Of a stretch of DNA of 64,000 bases, positions 19,248 through 28,789 are shown piece after piece; the first letter of the stretch is position 1; each line of letters begins with the position of its first letter. Below the pieces are notes generated by a model. It was not told the DNA's origin, searched no databases, and saw nothing but the letters and a program-made list of their open reading frames with translations. The position numbers were made by a program, and so were the translations under genes. Source of the DNA: Caldora sp. (GTDB lineage Bacteria; Cyanobacteriota; Cyanobacteriia; Cyanobacteriales; Coleofasciculaceae); contig CBDCVG010000043.1 in the NCBI GenBank assembly GCA_965222765.1, positions 33,053-97,052 of the forward strand, given 5' to 3'.

Positions 19248-21026
19248 ATGACCCAACAAGATGACCGTCAACCAATTATCCCAGCTAAAGAGGCTCTTTG
19301 GGGTCACAAGTGGGGATTTGCTGATACTTACTTGAAAATCAATAATGACGGCTCAGTAACGATGATAGGCGGGCGCTATCATCTATCGGGTTACAAAATG
19401 CCCCATCTTCTACCCTACATTGAAGAACTCTTAGATATCAAAATCGAGCCAAGCGATCGCTTAGAAGAAGTCGCAAATCCCTACATTGCTCCCCCAAATT
19501 ACCACCAAGATTTCTGCGAAGCGATCGCTAATTTATTTCCTACTAACCAATATAGCTTTGAAGACTCCGAACGCTTAGTTCATAGCCACGGACAAACTAC
19601 CTTTGACGAAGTTTACAAAGTCCTGTATGCCAAGTTAGAACGCTTGGTAGACATGGTATTTTACTGCGAATCCACAGCAGATGCTCAAAAGCTAATCGAG
19701 TTAGCTACCAAATATAATGTTTGCCTTGTACCGTTCGGAGGAGGAACTAGCGTTAGTTGCGCCCTAAAACTACCACTAGCAGAAACCCGGATGATTGTCG
19801 CCGTAGACATGAGACGGATGAATCAAATTGAGTGGATTGATCAGGAAAACCTCCGTGCTTGTATCCAGGCAGGGATTACAGGGAAGCAACTAGAAGCGGA
19901 GTTAAATAAAGCAGGTTTTGTTTGTGGGCATGAACCAGATAGTTTAGAGTTATCTACTTTAGGGGGTTGGATTGCCACTAATGCTAGTGGGATGAAGAAA
20001 AACCGCTATGGCAATATAGAACAAATTGTAGAAAACATTACTATCTTGACACCAACGGGGATACTCGAACAAATAGAACCAACACCCCGTGCTTCGATGG
20101 GAATGCAACTCAATCATCTTCTGTTTGGTAACGAAGGTAACTTGGGGTTAATTACCAAAGCCGTGATCAAAATTCATCCCTTACCCCAGGTGACTAAATA
20201 TGGCTCCCTGATTTTCCCCAATTTTGAACTAGGGGTAAAATTCCTCTATGAATTAGCTCATAGTGGATTTGTCCCTGCTAGTGTCCGTTTAGTCGATAAT
20301 AATCAATTTCGCTTTGGTCAAGCCTTAAAACCACAAACTACTGGTAGTCAAGCTTACATCGATAAGCTGAAAAAGTTTTACGTACTTAAGCTACGAGGTT
20401 TCAATCCCCGGCAAATGGTAGCTACAACTATTGTCATGGAAGGCTCTGCCGAAGAAGTTGCCTATCAACAAACCCACATTTATGCTCTAGCCAAGCAATT
20501 CCAGGGTTTAGCTACTGGTGAAGGGAACGGGAAGCGGGGTTATATGCTCACCTATGCCATTGCCTATTTAAGAGACTTTTTATCTTCTCATTATATTATT
20601 GGCGAAACCTTTGAAACTTCCGTAGCTTGGAGTAAAATTCAACAACTATGTAGTGGTGTCGAACAGCAACTCCAAGAGCAACACAGCCAGTTAAATTTAC
20701 CAGGAAAACCCTATCTTTCCTATCGCATCAGTCAGGTTTATCACACTGGGGTATGTGTTTATTTCATGTTTGGTATCTACGTCAAAGGAGTTGAACAGCC
20801 AGAAGTCATTTGTAGTCAAATTGAGCATTCTTTGCGACAAACGATTATTGCTAATGGCGGTTCTATTTCCCATCATCACGGCGTAGGCAAAATCCGCCAA
20901 GATTTCATGCAAGATACCCTATCTCCTGCTAGTATTGAACTACTACGCCAACTCAAGCAGGCTAGCGATCCGCAAAATATTTTTGGCATTCGTAACAATG
21001 TTTTTGCTGAGGATAAGTCATACTAA
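19248..21026 (+). CDS. FAD-linked oxidase, alkyl-DHAP-synthase/D-lactate-dehydrogenase superfamily
   Basis: PCMH-type FAD-binding motif VPFGGGTSV. C-terminal HHHGVGKIR motif typical of the FAD-oxidase C-terminal domain. Confidence 0.7.
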   Translation: MTQQDDRQPIIPAKEALWGHKWGFADTYLKINNDGSVTMIGGRYHLSGYKMPHLLPYIEELLDIKIEPSDRLEEVANPYIAPPNYHQDFCEAIANLFPTNQYSFEDSERLVHSHGQTTFDEVYKVLYAKLERLVDMVFYCESTADAQKLIELATKYNVCLVPFGGGTSVSCALKLPLAETRMIVAVDMRRMNQIEWIDQENLRACIQAGITGKQLEAELNKAGFVCGHEPDSLELSTLGGWIATNASGMKKNRYGNIEQIVENITILTPTGILEQIEPTPRASMGMQLNHLLFGNEGNLGLITKAVIKIHPLPQVTKYGSLIFPNFELGVKFLYELAHSGFVPASVRLVDNNQFRFGQALKPQTTGSQAYIDKLKKFYVLKLRGFNPRQMVATTIVMEGSAEEVAYQQTHIYALAKQFQGLATGEGNGKRGYMLTYAIAYLRDFLSSHYIIGETFETSVAWSKIQQLCSGVEQQLQEQHSQLNLPGKPYLSYRISQVYHTGVCVYFMFGIYVKGVEQPEVICSQIEHSLRQTIIANGGSISHHHGVGKIRQDFMQDTLSPASIELLRQLKQASDPQNIFGIRNNVFAEDKSY

Positions 21027-21057
21027 ATAAACACTCAAAATAATTTAAAAATGACTT

Positions 21058-21687
21058 ATGGCTCAAGCCCAAGCAGAACCTCAACTATACAGCTTTGATG
21101 AATTTATCAGCTGGTACCCTGAAAACTCAGAACTCCGATACGAACTGCATGATGGAGTAATTATCGCAATGCCCAAGCCTAAGGGAAAACATTCAAATCT
21201 AACAGGTTCCCTTATCGAGCAACTGTTAATAACTATCCGGCAGATGGGCAAAGGTGGCATTTGGACTATTCCTAGAGAATCGATTGTCAAACCTAAACGC
21301 GAAAAATCAGGTTATGAGCCGGACATTATCGTTTTGAACCAAGAAGTTCTGGGAACCGAATCCCGATGGGAAAGCGAATCGATTATCCAAAATCCTGACT
21401 CAGTCAAATTAATTGTCGAAGTTGTTTCAACTAATTGGCGTGACGATTACTACAATAAACTTCGAGATTATGAAGAAATGGGCATTGAGGAATATTGGAT
21501 TCTCGATTACGCAGCATTGGGGGCGAGAAAGTTCATAGGTAACCCCAAGCAACCGACACTTTTTGTTTGTAATTTGGTTGACGGAGAATATCAAATGAAT
21601 CCATTTACAGAAAGCAGTCCTATTATTTCCCCAACTTTTTCCCAGTTCAACTTATCCGCACAACAAATTTTTGATCTGGCTTTGTAG
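21058..21687 (+). CDS. Uma2-family (DUF820) PD-(D/E)XK endonuclease
   Basis: YELHDGVII ... YEPDIIV ... EYWILDY, the hallmark Uma2 segments. Confidence 0.75.
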   Translation: MAQAQAEPQLYSFDEFISWYPENSELRYELHDGVIIAMPKPKGKHSNLTGSLIEQLLITIRQMGKGGIWTIPRESIVKPKREKSGYEPDIIVLNQEVLGTESRWESESIIQNPDSVKLIVEVVSTNWRDDYYNKLRDYEEMGIEEYWILDYAALGARKFIGNPKQPTLFVCNLVDGEYQMNPFTESSPIISPTFSQFNLSAQQIFDLAL

Positions 21688-21708
21688 GAAAGTTAAGTCA
21701 AATTGTCC

Positions 21709-21766
21709 ATTGATAATTGATAATTGATAATTGATAATTGATAATTGATAATTGATAATTGATAAA
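21709..21766. repeat. STRR heptamer array (TTGATAA x8)
   Basis: ttgataattgataattgataattgataattgataattgataattgataa. Confidence 0.9.
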
Positions 21767-21826
21767 TTTGTTCTAAGACCTCTTCTCTTCGTTGGCTAAA
21801 TTATCACAGCTTCAATCGATCACTAT

Positions 21827-22648
21827 ATGAGCAAATTTAATAACCAAGTAGTATTAATTACAGGAGCATCTGCTGGTATTGGAGCAGCTCTTGCCCGGGA
21901 GTTTGCTTTTCAAGGAGCTAATCTAGTCCTATTAGCACGGCGCACAGAGAGATTAGCAGCCATTGCTGCAGAAATTGACCCTACAGGTCAAAAAGTGCTT
22001 ACTATACCCTGTGATGTTACTAAAGATGGTGATCTAGAGCGAGCAGTAAGTCTTGCCCATAATAAATTTACCAAGATTGATATTGCGATCGCTAACGCTG
22101 GTTGGTCTTTAAAGGACAATCTTGAAAACCTAAGCTTAGATGATTATCGTCTACTGTGGGAGACTAATGTCTTTGGCGTACTCCGCACCATTTACGCCAC
22201 CCTAGATGATTTGAAGCAAACTCAAGGTAGATTAGTGATCATCAGTAGCGTCAAAAGCTACATCTCTTTGGGTGGTGATTCTGCCTATAGCAGCAGCAAG
22301 TTTGCCCTCAGAGCTTTATGTGAATCATTATCTAGCGAATTAGCACCCTACGGAGTATCAGTTACCCACGTCTGCCCTGGTTACGTTGCTACAGAAATTC
22401 GTCAAATAGACAATCAGGGAACTTTCCACAGTGATTGGCAGGATCATGTTTCTCCACGGCTGTTAATGAGTGCCGAACAAACAGCAAAGCAGATTATACA
22501 AGCCATGGACAGAAGGCAACGGGAACAGGTACTGACTTACTATGGCAAGTTGATAGTTTTTCTCAAGCGCCACCTGCCTTGGTTAGTGTTCTGGTTAATT
22601 TCAATCCTGCAAATTAAGGCAGTTGCTAAACCCAAAAATATGACTTAA
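21827..22648 (+). CDS. SDR-family short-chain dehydrogenase with C-terminal hydrophobic tail
   Basis: VVLITGASAGIGAALAREFA (TGxxxGxG), catalytic YSSSK, C-terminal LPWLVFWLISIL. Confidence 0.85.
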   Translation: MSKFNNQVVLITGASAGIGAALAREFAFQGANLVLLARRTERLAAIAAEIDPTGQKVLTIPCDVTKDGDLERAVSLAHNKFTKIDIAIANAGWSLKDNLENLSLDDYRLLWETNVFGVLRTIYATLDDLKQTQGRLVIISSVKSYISLGGDSAYSSSKFALRALCESLSSELAPYGVSVTHVCPGYVATEIRQIDNQGTFHSDWQDHVSPRLLMSAEQTAKQIIQAMDRRQREQVLTYYGKLIVFLKRHLPWLVFWLISILQIKAVAKPKNMT

Positions 22649-23023
22649 TTCCGCGTAGCGGTACTAGATTAATTTTTGTTTTGATTTTGTCAACTAATCA
22701 TAATTCATGTATTTTTTTGCAATCTATTATTGAATTTGATTGAAAAAATCAAAATTCTTTTTCAAGAACACGTCATAGTCATTTATTAGTACAAAAGACT
22801 TTCTGGCCAATGACTAATGACAAAAACTCTCGTGTTTTAGTAGGAATTTTTAAGATTTACTATAGAAATCATGGTTAACTAATTGAGTTATACTGTTAAT
22901 TTGACCATCTGTGAGCACACCTTAAAGCATTACAAGAGCTGGCATCTAGTAGTAGGTTTACGATGGTAAGGTTTTCAAACTCTGCCAAGGTTTTACGTAT
23001 TATTACCTATAAAGGGATTAATC

Positions 23024-25333
23024 ATGGCTCAAATCGATTTACAACTCCAGGCAATTGATATTAATAGCTGGGAACAAAAGCCTATTAATATCTCTGCTCA
23101 AATTCAGTCTCACGGAGTATTGTTGGTTCTAGAAGAACCTGAGCTCAAGATATTACAAGTTAGCAGCAATACATCCAGTATTTTAGGCATATCTCCCGAA
23201 AATATACTGCATCAAAAACTCGAAGACTTATTAGATCCTTTCCAAGTTGATAGACTCAAAACCGGATTAGCCGATGACAACCTGGATTTTATCAACCCGA
23301 CTAAGGTTTGGATCAGGAAAAAGGGAGACGATTACGTAGTATTTGATAGTATTTTTCATCGCAACTCAGATGGATTGCTAATTCTTGAATTAGAGCCAGC
23401 CATCTCCCAAGATAATATCCCCTTCTTAAGCTTTTATCATCTAGCGAGAGCATCCATCAACCAACTTCAATCAACATCTACTCTCCGTGACTTTTGTCAA
23501 ATTATTGTTAAAGAGGTACGACAAGTTACTGGATTTGACAGAGTCATGCTTTATAAATTTGATGAGGATGGGCATGGAAGTGTTATTGCAGAAGAAAAGC
23601 TAGAAAGTATGGAACCTTACCTAGGTCTCCACTACCCAGAGTCAGATATTCCTAAAGTTGCCAGAAAATTATTCAGTTCTAATTGGATCAGATTAATTCC
23701 TGATGCTCATGGTCAGTTGGCGGAAATTCTCTCTGCCGATAACCCCATTAGCCAGGAGCCCCTGGATTTAACCCACTCTATTCTCAGAAGTGCTTCCTCC
23801 TGTCATCTAGAATATTTGCACAATATGGGAGTTGGTGCTTCGCTGACGATCTCTTTAATTAAAGACCAAAAACTCTGGGGATTAATTGCCTGCCATCATC
23901 AGACACCAAAGTATGTTTCCTATGAACTAAGAAAAGCCTGCGAATTTTTAGGACGAGTGATATTTTCGGAAATCTCTGCTCGAGAAGAAACTGAAGATTA
24001 CGACTATCGCATGAAACTGACATATATCCAATCAGTGTTGATTGACTATATGTCCCAAGAAGCAAACTTTATTGATGGTTTAGTCAAACATGAGCCTAAT
24101 TTACTAGATTTAACTTCTGCTCAAGGAGCAGCTGTGTGTTTGGGTGACCGTTGCACTGTAATTGGTGAAACTCCCACAGAAGAAGAACTGAATTTCCTCA
24201 TGCAATGGCTGAAAAAGCATGTTGACAAAGAAGTCTTCTATACTGATTCCTTGCCTCTGATTTATGCAGATGCAGAAAAATTTAAAGATATGGCTAGTGG
24301 TTTACTTGCCATCGCCATTTCTGAGAGAAACTATGTATTGTGGTTTCGACCAGAAGTTATTCAAACAGTAAATTGGGGAGGGGATCCTAATAGAGCATTT
24401 GAAACCAAACACTCAGAAGGAAATCTCTGCCTGTCTCCTCGTAAGTCATTCGAGTTGTGGAAACAAACGGTTCGATTAAAGTCTTTACCTTGGAAACAGG
24501 TAGAAATTAAAGCAGCACTGGAACTGAGGAAAGCACTGATTAATCTTATTCTGCGTCAAGCCGATGAACTTGCTCAATTAGCTCAGGATCTAGAGCGTTC
24601 TAATGCTGAACTGAAAAAGTTTGCCTATGTTGCCTCCCATGATCTTCAAGAACCGCTCAATCAAGTAGCAAACTATGTACAGTTATTAGAGATGCGCTAT
24701 GAAGAGCGGCTTGATGAAGATGCCAAGGATTTCATTACCTTTGCTGTAGAGGGAGTCAGCTTGATGCAGACACTGATTGATGATGTGTTGGCTTACTCAA
24801 AAGTTGATTTGAAAGGCATTGAGTTTGAACTCACGGAGGTAGAGACGGCTCTAGAGCAAGCTCTGAGTAATTTGCGGGGGCGCGTCTATGAGACTGGAGC
24901 AATTATTACCCAAGAGTCCTTACCAACTGTGATGGCTGATAGTACTCAGCTGATGCAATTATTTCAAAATCTGATTGGTAATGCCATTAAGTTCCGGAGT
25001 AAACAACCACCAAAAATCCATATAGGAGCAAAACGGTTGGAAGATGCTTGGTTATTCTCCGTCCAGGATAATGGCATTGGCCTTGAACCACAGTTTGCTG
25101 AGCGCATTTTTGTTATCTTTCAGCGTCTGCATACGCGGGATGAGTATCAGGGTACAGGCATGGGTTTGGCTATCTGTAAAAAGATTATAGAGTGCCATCG
25201 GGGTCGTATTTGGGTAGAGTCAGAACTTGGACAAGGCGCAACGTTCTACTTTACTATTCCAGTGGGGGGACGTGAACATGAGCGTAGGAACGGAAGAAAA
25301 GCACAAAGTAATCTTCTTAGTAGAGGACAATAA
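23024..25333 (+). CDS. cph1: Cph1-type cyanobacterial phytochrome (PAS-GAF-PHY-HisKA-HATPase)
   Basis: IQSHGVLLVLEEPELKILQVSSN (phytochrome PAS). GAF chromophore pocket RSASSCHLEYLHNMGVGASLTISL with Cys-His. H-box ASHDLQEPL. G-boxes. Confidence 0.85.
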   Translation: MAQIDLQLQAIDINSWEQKPINISAQIQSHGVLLVLEEPELKILQVSSNTSSILGISPENILHQKLEDLLDPFQVDRLKTGLADDNLDFINPTKVWIRKKGDDYVVFDSIFHRNSDGLLILELEPAISQDNIPFLSFYHLARASINQLQSTSTLRDFCQIIVKEVRQVTGFDRVMLYKFDEDGHGSVIAEEKLESMEPYLGLHYPESDIPKVARKLFSSNWIRLIPDAHGQLAEILSADNPISQEPLDLTHSILRSASSCHLEYLHNMGVGASLTISLIKDQKLWGLIACHHQTPKYVSYELRKACEFLGRVIFSEISAREETEDYDYRMKLTYIQSVLIDYMSQEANFIDGLVKHEPNLLDLTSAQGAAVCLGDRCTVIGETPTEEELNFLMQWLKKHVDKEVFYTDSLPLIYADAEKFKDMASGLLAIAISERNYVLWFRPEVIQTVNWGGDPNRAFETKHSEGNLCLSPRKSFELWKQTVRLKSLPWKQVEIKAALELRKALINLILRQADELAQLAQDLERSNAELKKFAYVASHDLQEPLNQVANYVQLLEMRYEERLDEDAKDFITFAVEGVSLMQTLIDDVLAYSKVDLKGIEFELTEVETALEQALSNLRGRVYETGAIITQESLPTVMADSTQLMQLFQNLIGNAIKFRSKQPPKIHIGAKRLEDAWLFSVQDNGIGLEPQFAERIFVIFQRLHTRDEYQGTGMGLAICKKIIECHRGRIWVESELGQGATFYFTIPVGGREHERRNGRKAQSNLLSRGQ

Positions 25334-25724
25334 AGCTGATATTCGCCTGATTCAAGAAGCTCTCAAAAATAGTTCAGTACCACACCAAGTGGTGACGGTT
25401 AGGAATGGTATGGATGCTATGGCTTACTTACGCCAAGAGGGCGAATATGTTGATGCGCTCCGTCCAGATCTAATCCTGCTAGATTTGAATTTACCAAGGA
25501 AGGATGGCAGAGAGGTGCTAGCGGAAATTAAAGCTGATCCGAAGCTCAAACGCATTCCAGTGGTAGTGCTAACGACTTCGAGGAATGAGGATGATATTTT
25601 CCATAGCTATAACTTGCATGTAAATTGCTACATTACTAAATCCCGCAACCTCAGTCAGCTATTCCAAATTGTCAAGGGTATTGAAGAGTTTTGGCTAGAA
25701 ACCGTTACTCTGCCATCCGAGTGA
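25278..25724 (+). CDS. rcp1: Rcp1-like CheY-type response regulator partner of Cph1
   Basis: MSVGTEEKHKVIFLVEDNKADIRLIQEAL resembles Rcp1 N-terminus. D...D...K receiver residues. ATG at 25278 overlaps the cph1 3' end in another frame. The longer listed ORF start (25227) is unlikely. Confidence 0.75.
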   Translation: MSVGTEEKHKVIFLVEDNKADIRLIQEALKNSSVPHQVVTVRNGMDAMAYLRQEGEYVDALRPDLILLDLNLPRKDGREVLAEIKADPKLKRIPVVVLTTSRNEDDIFHSYNLHVNCYITKSRNLSQLFQIVKGIEEFWLETVTLPSE

Positions 25725-25778
25725 GACGAAATTGACGCAGGGAAAAGGGAATGCTGGAAACAAGGAGACAAAGGAGAA

Positions 25779-25818
25779 ATTCTTAATTCTTAATTCTTAA
25801 TTCCCAATTCCCAATTTA
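25779..25818. repeat. STRR heptamers (TTCTTAA / TTCCCAA)
   Basis: ttcttaattcttaattcttaattcccaattcccaatt. Confidence 0.9.
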
Positions 25819-25847
25819 GGAGCTAAGGAGGTAAAAACTAGAAGATT

Positions 25848-27014
25848 ATGCCTTTAAGCTCAGTAAAAATCTTGTTGATTGAGGACAACTTAGCAGAAGC
25901 CAGACTACTGCAAGAAGTGCTTAAGGGCGCTACATTAAAACAGTTTAGTTTGCTACATGTCAAGCGATTAAGGGAAGCCCTCGACCAACTCAATCAAGAT
26001 GAGTTTGATATCATCTTGTTGGATCTGAGCTTACCAGATAGTCAAGGATTGTCATCCCTCACTCCTCTTATCAACCGTGCCCCTAGCATACCAATCGTTG
26101 TACTAACGAATACCAACGACAATGAACTGGCAATTGAAGCAGTCAGACAAGGAGCGCAAGATTATTTGGTTAAGCGTCAGCTCAATAGAGAAGTGTTGAT
26201 TCGCTCCGTAAGCTATGCCATTGAGCGCAAACAAGCTTTGGAGGAATTACGGGAAGTCAACGAAACCTTAGAAATCCAGGTTCAGGAACAGACTGCGGAG
26301 TTAATGAAAGCCAAAAAGCTTAACCAACTCAAATCTGAGTTTGTCTCTATGCTCTCTCACGACTTTCGCAATCCTCTCAATACGATTCTCCTTTCGACTG
26401 GATTACTTCAAGAGAACACCTACAAATTAACTAAGGAGAAAAAACTTACTCATTTCCAACTGATTCGCTCGGCGATCAATAATATGACTCAGTTATTGGA
26501 TGAAGTTTTATTGATCGGTAAAGCAGATTCCGGTAGTCTTAAGTTTCAACCTACCCCACTGGCTTTGGAGTCGTTCTGCCATCAGTTGGTAGAAGAGCTA
26601 CAACTAACAGCTAGCAAGAAACATCAGTTAGTTTTCACCAACTTTGGGGAATTGGACGAAGCACTATGGGATAAAAGCCTACTAAGACACATTTTTGGCA
26701 ATTTGCTGGACAACGCTATTAAATATTCACCAGAAGGTGGTATAGTTCGATTTCAACTGATAGTTCAGGAAAAAACAGTCATCTTCCGGATTCAAGACCA
26801 AGGGATTGGCATTCCTCCTGAATACCAAAAGCAAATATTCGATCCTTTTACTCGTGCTAGCAATGTTAACACAATTACTGGAACTGGTTTAGGTCTAGCA
26901 ATGGTTAACAGATGTGTAGAGCTTCATGGTGGTCAAATTTATGTGGAGAGTGAAGTGGGAGTAGGTACAACTTTTATTGTTACCCTACCGTTGCTCTTCC
27001 CACCAAAGCCTTAA
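25848..27014 (+). CDS. Hybrid response-regulator / histidine kinase (REC-HisKA-HATPase_c)
   Basis: KILLIEDNLAEARLL...DIILLDLSLPD receiver. H-box SHDFRNPLNTIL. N/G-boxes GNLLDNAIKYS ... GTGLGLAMV. Confidence 0.8.
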   Translation: MPLSSVKILLIEDNLAEARLLQEVLKGATLKQFSLLHVKRLREALDQLNQDEFDIILLDLSLPDSQGLSSLTPLINRAPSIPIVVLTNTNDNELAIEAVRQGAQDYLVKRQLNREVLIRSVSYAIERKQALEELREVNETLEIQVQEQTAELMKAKKLNQLKSEFVSMLSHDFRNPLNTILLSTGLLQENTYKLTKEKKLTHFQLIRSAINNMTQLLDEVLLIGKADSGSLKFQPTPLALESFCHQLVEELQLTASKKHQLVFTNFGELDEALWDKSLLRHIFGNLLDNAIKYSPEGGIVRFQLIVQEKTVIFRIQDQGIGIPPEYQKQIFDPFTRASNVNTITGTGLGLAMVNRCVELHGGQIYVESEVGVGTTFIVTLPLLFPPKP

Positions 27015-27238
27015 TGATTGTACGGCTTCAATTTCATCTTCTTTCACTTGCTCGAGAAACCCATATAGCTGTTCTTTTAGTACCTGCTGCAACCACTGGC
27101 AATCATTAACATCAACATCTGTTTTACATAGCGAGAATTGACCAATTTGACTTCCAGATCAAATGATTCCAAAATGAAGTATCGTAAAGTTTTAATAAAC
27201 ATATAGTCATTCATAGTCATTCATGTCATAATGTGGAC

Positions 27239-27319
27239 ATGAAGCTTTCAGAATATGCCAAAAAAGTAGGAGTGAGTTATAGAACCGCCTGGAGGTGGTG
27301 GAAACAAGGGACTAACTAA
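27239..27319 (+). pseudogene. tnpA: Remnant of IS607-family tnpA (serine recombinase): only the N-terminal MerR-like HTH (26 codons) survives
   Basis: MKLSEYAKKVGVSYRTAWRWWKQGTN* matches the conserved N-terminal HTH of IS607 TnpA and then terminates. tnpB follows 50 nt downstream. Confidence 0.55.
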
Positions 27320-27368
27320 GGTTATCAACGGAGAAGAGCATAGCTGAATTAACATCTAATGGACAGTA

Positions 27369-28592
27369 ATGTTACTAGCAGAAAGACACATTATTAAGAA
27401 AGGACATCGATTTTGGACCCAGATAGATAATTTATCTTGGCAGTCCAAAAATCTTTACAACTCAGCTAATTATATAATCCGTCAAAACTTTATTTATGGC
27501 TATGGCTATTTGACTTATAATCAGATGGCTTCACTGATGAAAACAAAGGAGCAATATCAAGCCTTACCCGCTAAAGTTTCACAGCAAATATTAAGAGCAT
27601 TACACCGTAACTGGAAATCATTTTTGGCAGCATCATCAGAATTTAAGACTAATCCTAATAAGTTTCTGGGAAAACCGAAAATCCCCGGTTATAAAGATAA
27701 AAACAAGGGGAGAAATCTTTTAGTCTATACGATTCAAGCTCTGAGTAAAGTCGCCCTAAAACAGGGTTTGCTCAAACTATCGGGGACTTCAATCGAGTTG
27801 ACTACTAGAGTTGCAAACTTGATCGCTGAAGTCAGAATTGTTCCCAAATGTGATTGTTATGTAATCGAGGTTATTTATGAAAAAAATGAACAGTTCTTAG
27901 TCCCTAATGAGAAAATAGCGGCAATAGATTTGGGGGTAGATAATTTGATGGCTGTAACTTCAAATCAACCGGATTTTACTCCTTTGTTGATTAATGGTAG
28001 ACCCTTAAAAAGCCTGAACCAATTTTATAACCAACGTCGTGCTTTCTTACAATCGAGATTACCAGGTAATCGTCAAACTTCTCAAAGAATTCGCCGTCTA
28101 ACTCGCTGTCGCAATCAGAAAGTAGATGATTATCTTCACAAGGCTAGTCGTTATTTAGTTAATCTCTTGACACAGCAACAAATTACCACTTTAGTTATTG
28201 GCAATAATCTCGGCTGGAAACAAGAGGTAAACTTAGGGAAAGTCAATAACCAAAAATTTGTGACTATCCCCCATGCTCGATTAATTGACATGATTACTTA
28301 CAAATGTCAATTAGTAGGAATACATGTGATTCTTCAAGAAGAATCCTATACTAGTGCTTCTAACTTTTTCAATAATGATCCGCTCCCAGTTTATGGACAG
28401 ATAACTGAAAAACCAGTTTTTTCAGGAAAAAGAATAAAGCGAGGTTTATATCGTACAGATGGAGGATTTCTCTGTCAATCCGATGTGATGGGTTCCTACA
28501 ATATTTTAAGAAAAGCATTCCCAAATGCGTTTACTCGCTATGGGATAGAGAGGTGCGTAGTTCACCCCAGGAGAATTAATCTCTCAAAGTGA
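27369..28592 (+). CDS. tnpB: TnpB-like RNA-guided-nuclease-family protein (IS607-type OrfB) with RuvC D/E/D residues present but zinc-finger cysteines lost
   Basis: RuvC-I IAAIDLGVDNL. RuvC-II LQEESYTSASNFF. RuvC-III region FLCQSDVMGSYNILRKAF. The usual CxxC...CxxC is replaced by ...FSGKRIKRGLYRTDGGFLCQSD. Confidence 0.65.
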   Translation: MLLAERHIIKKGHRFWTQIDNLSWQSKNLYNSANYIIRQNFIYGYGYLTYNQMASLMKTKEQYQALPAKVSQQILRALHRNWKSFLAASSEFKTNPNKFLGKPKIPGYKDKNKGRNLLVYTIQALSKVALKQGLLKLSGTSIELTTRVANLIAEVRIVPKCDCYVIEVIYEKNEQFLVPNEKIAAIDLGVDNLMAVTSNQPDFTPLLINGRPLKSLNQFYNQRRAFLQSRLPGNRQTSQRIRRLTRCRNQKVDDYLHKASRYLVNLLTQQQITTLVIGNNLGWKQEVNLGKVNNQKFVTIPHARLIDMITYKCQLVGIHVILQEESYTSASNFFNNDPLPVYGQITEKPVFSGKRIKRGLYRTDGGFLCQSDVMGSYNILRKAFPNAFTRYGIERCVVHPRRINLSK

Positions 28593-28789
28593 AAGTGAAA
28601 GGAATTTCTGAAATGAAATTCAGTCTGTCTATATTTGACTATACTTTTACCAACTATGTCCTGACCTGGGGATGTCACTACAGATAATCTTTCAAACGGG
28701 ATAGGAAATTTTTCCTTCCTCAGAGCCCCCTCCCTCCTGCCTTCTAATGCTTATTACTTCAAAATGCAAGCCCTAATTAGGACTTAATT

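Noticed and set aside
27015-27238. Minus-strand ORF reading through the hybrid kinase stop region (…QQVLKEQLYGFLEQVKEDEIEAVQS…)
   Set aside because: It is antisense to the kinase 3' end, has no start context, and is not part of the IS607 remnant, which is on the + strand.
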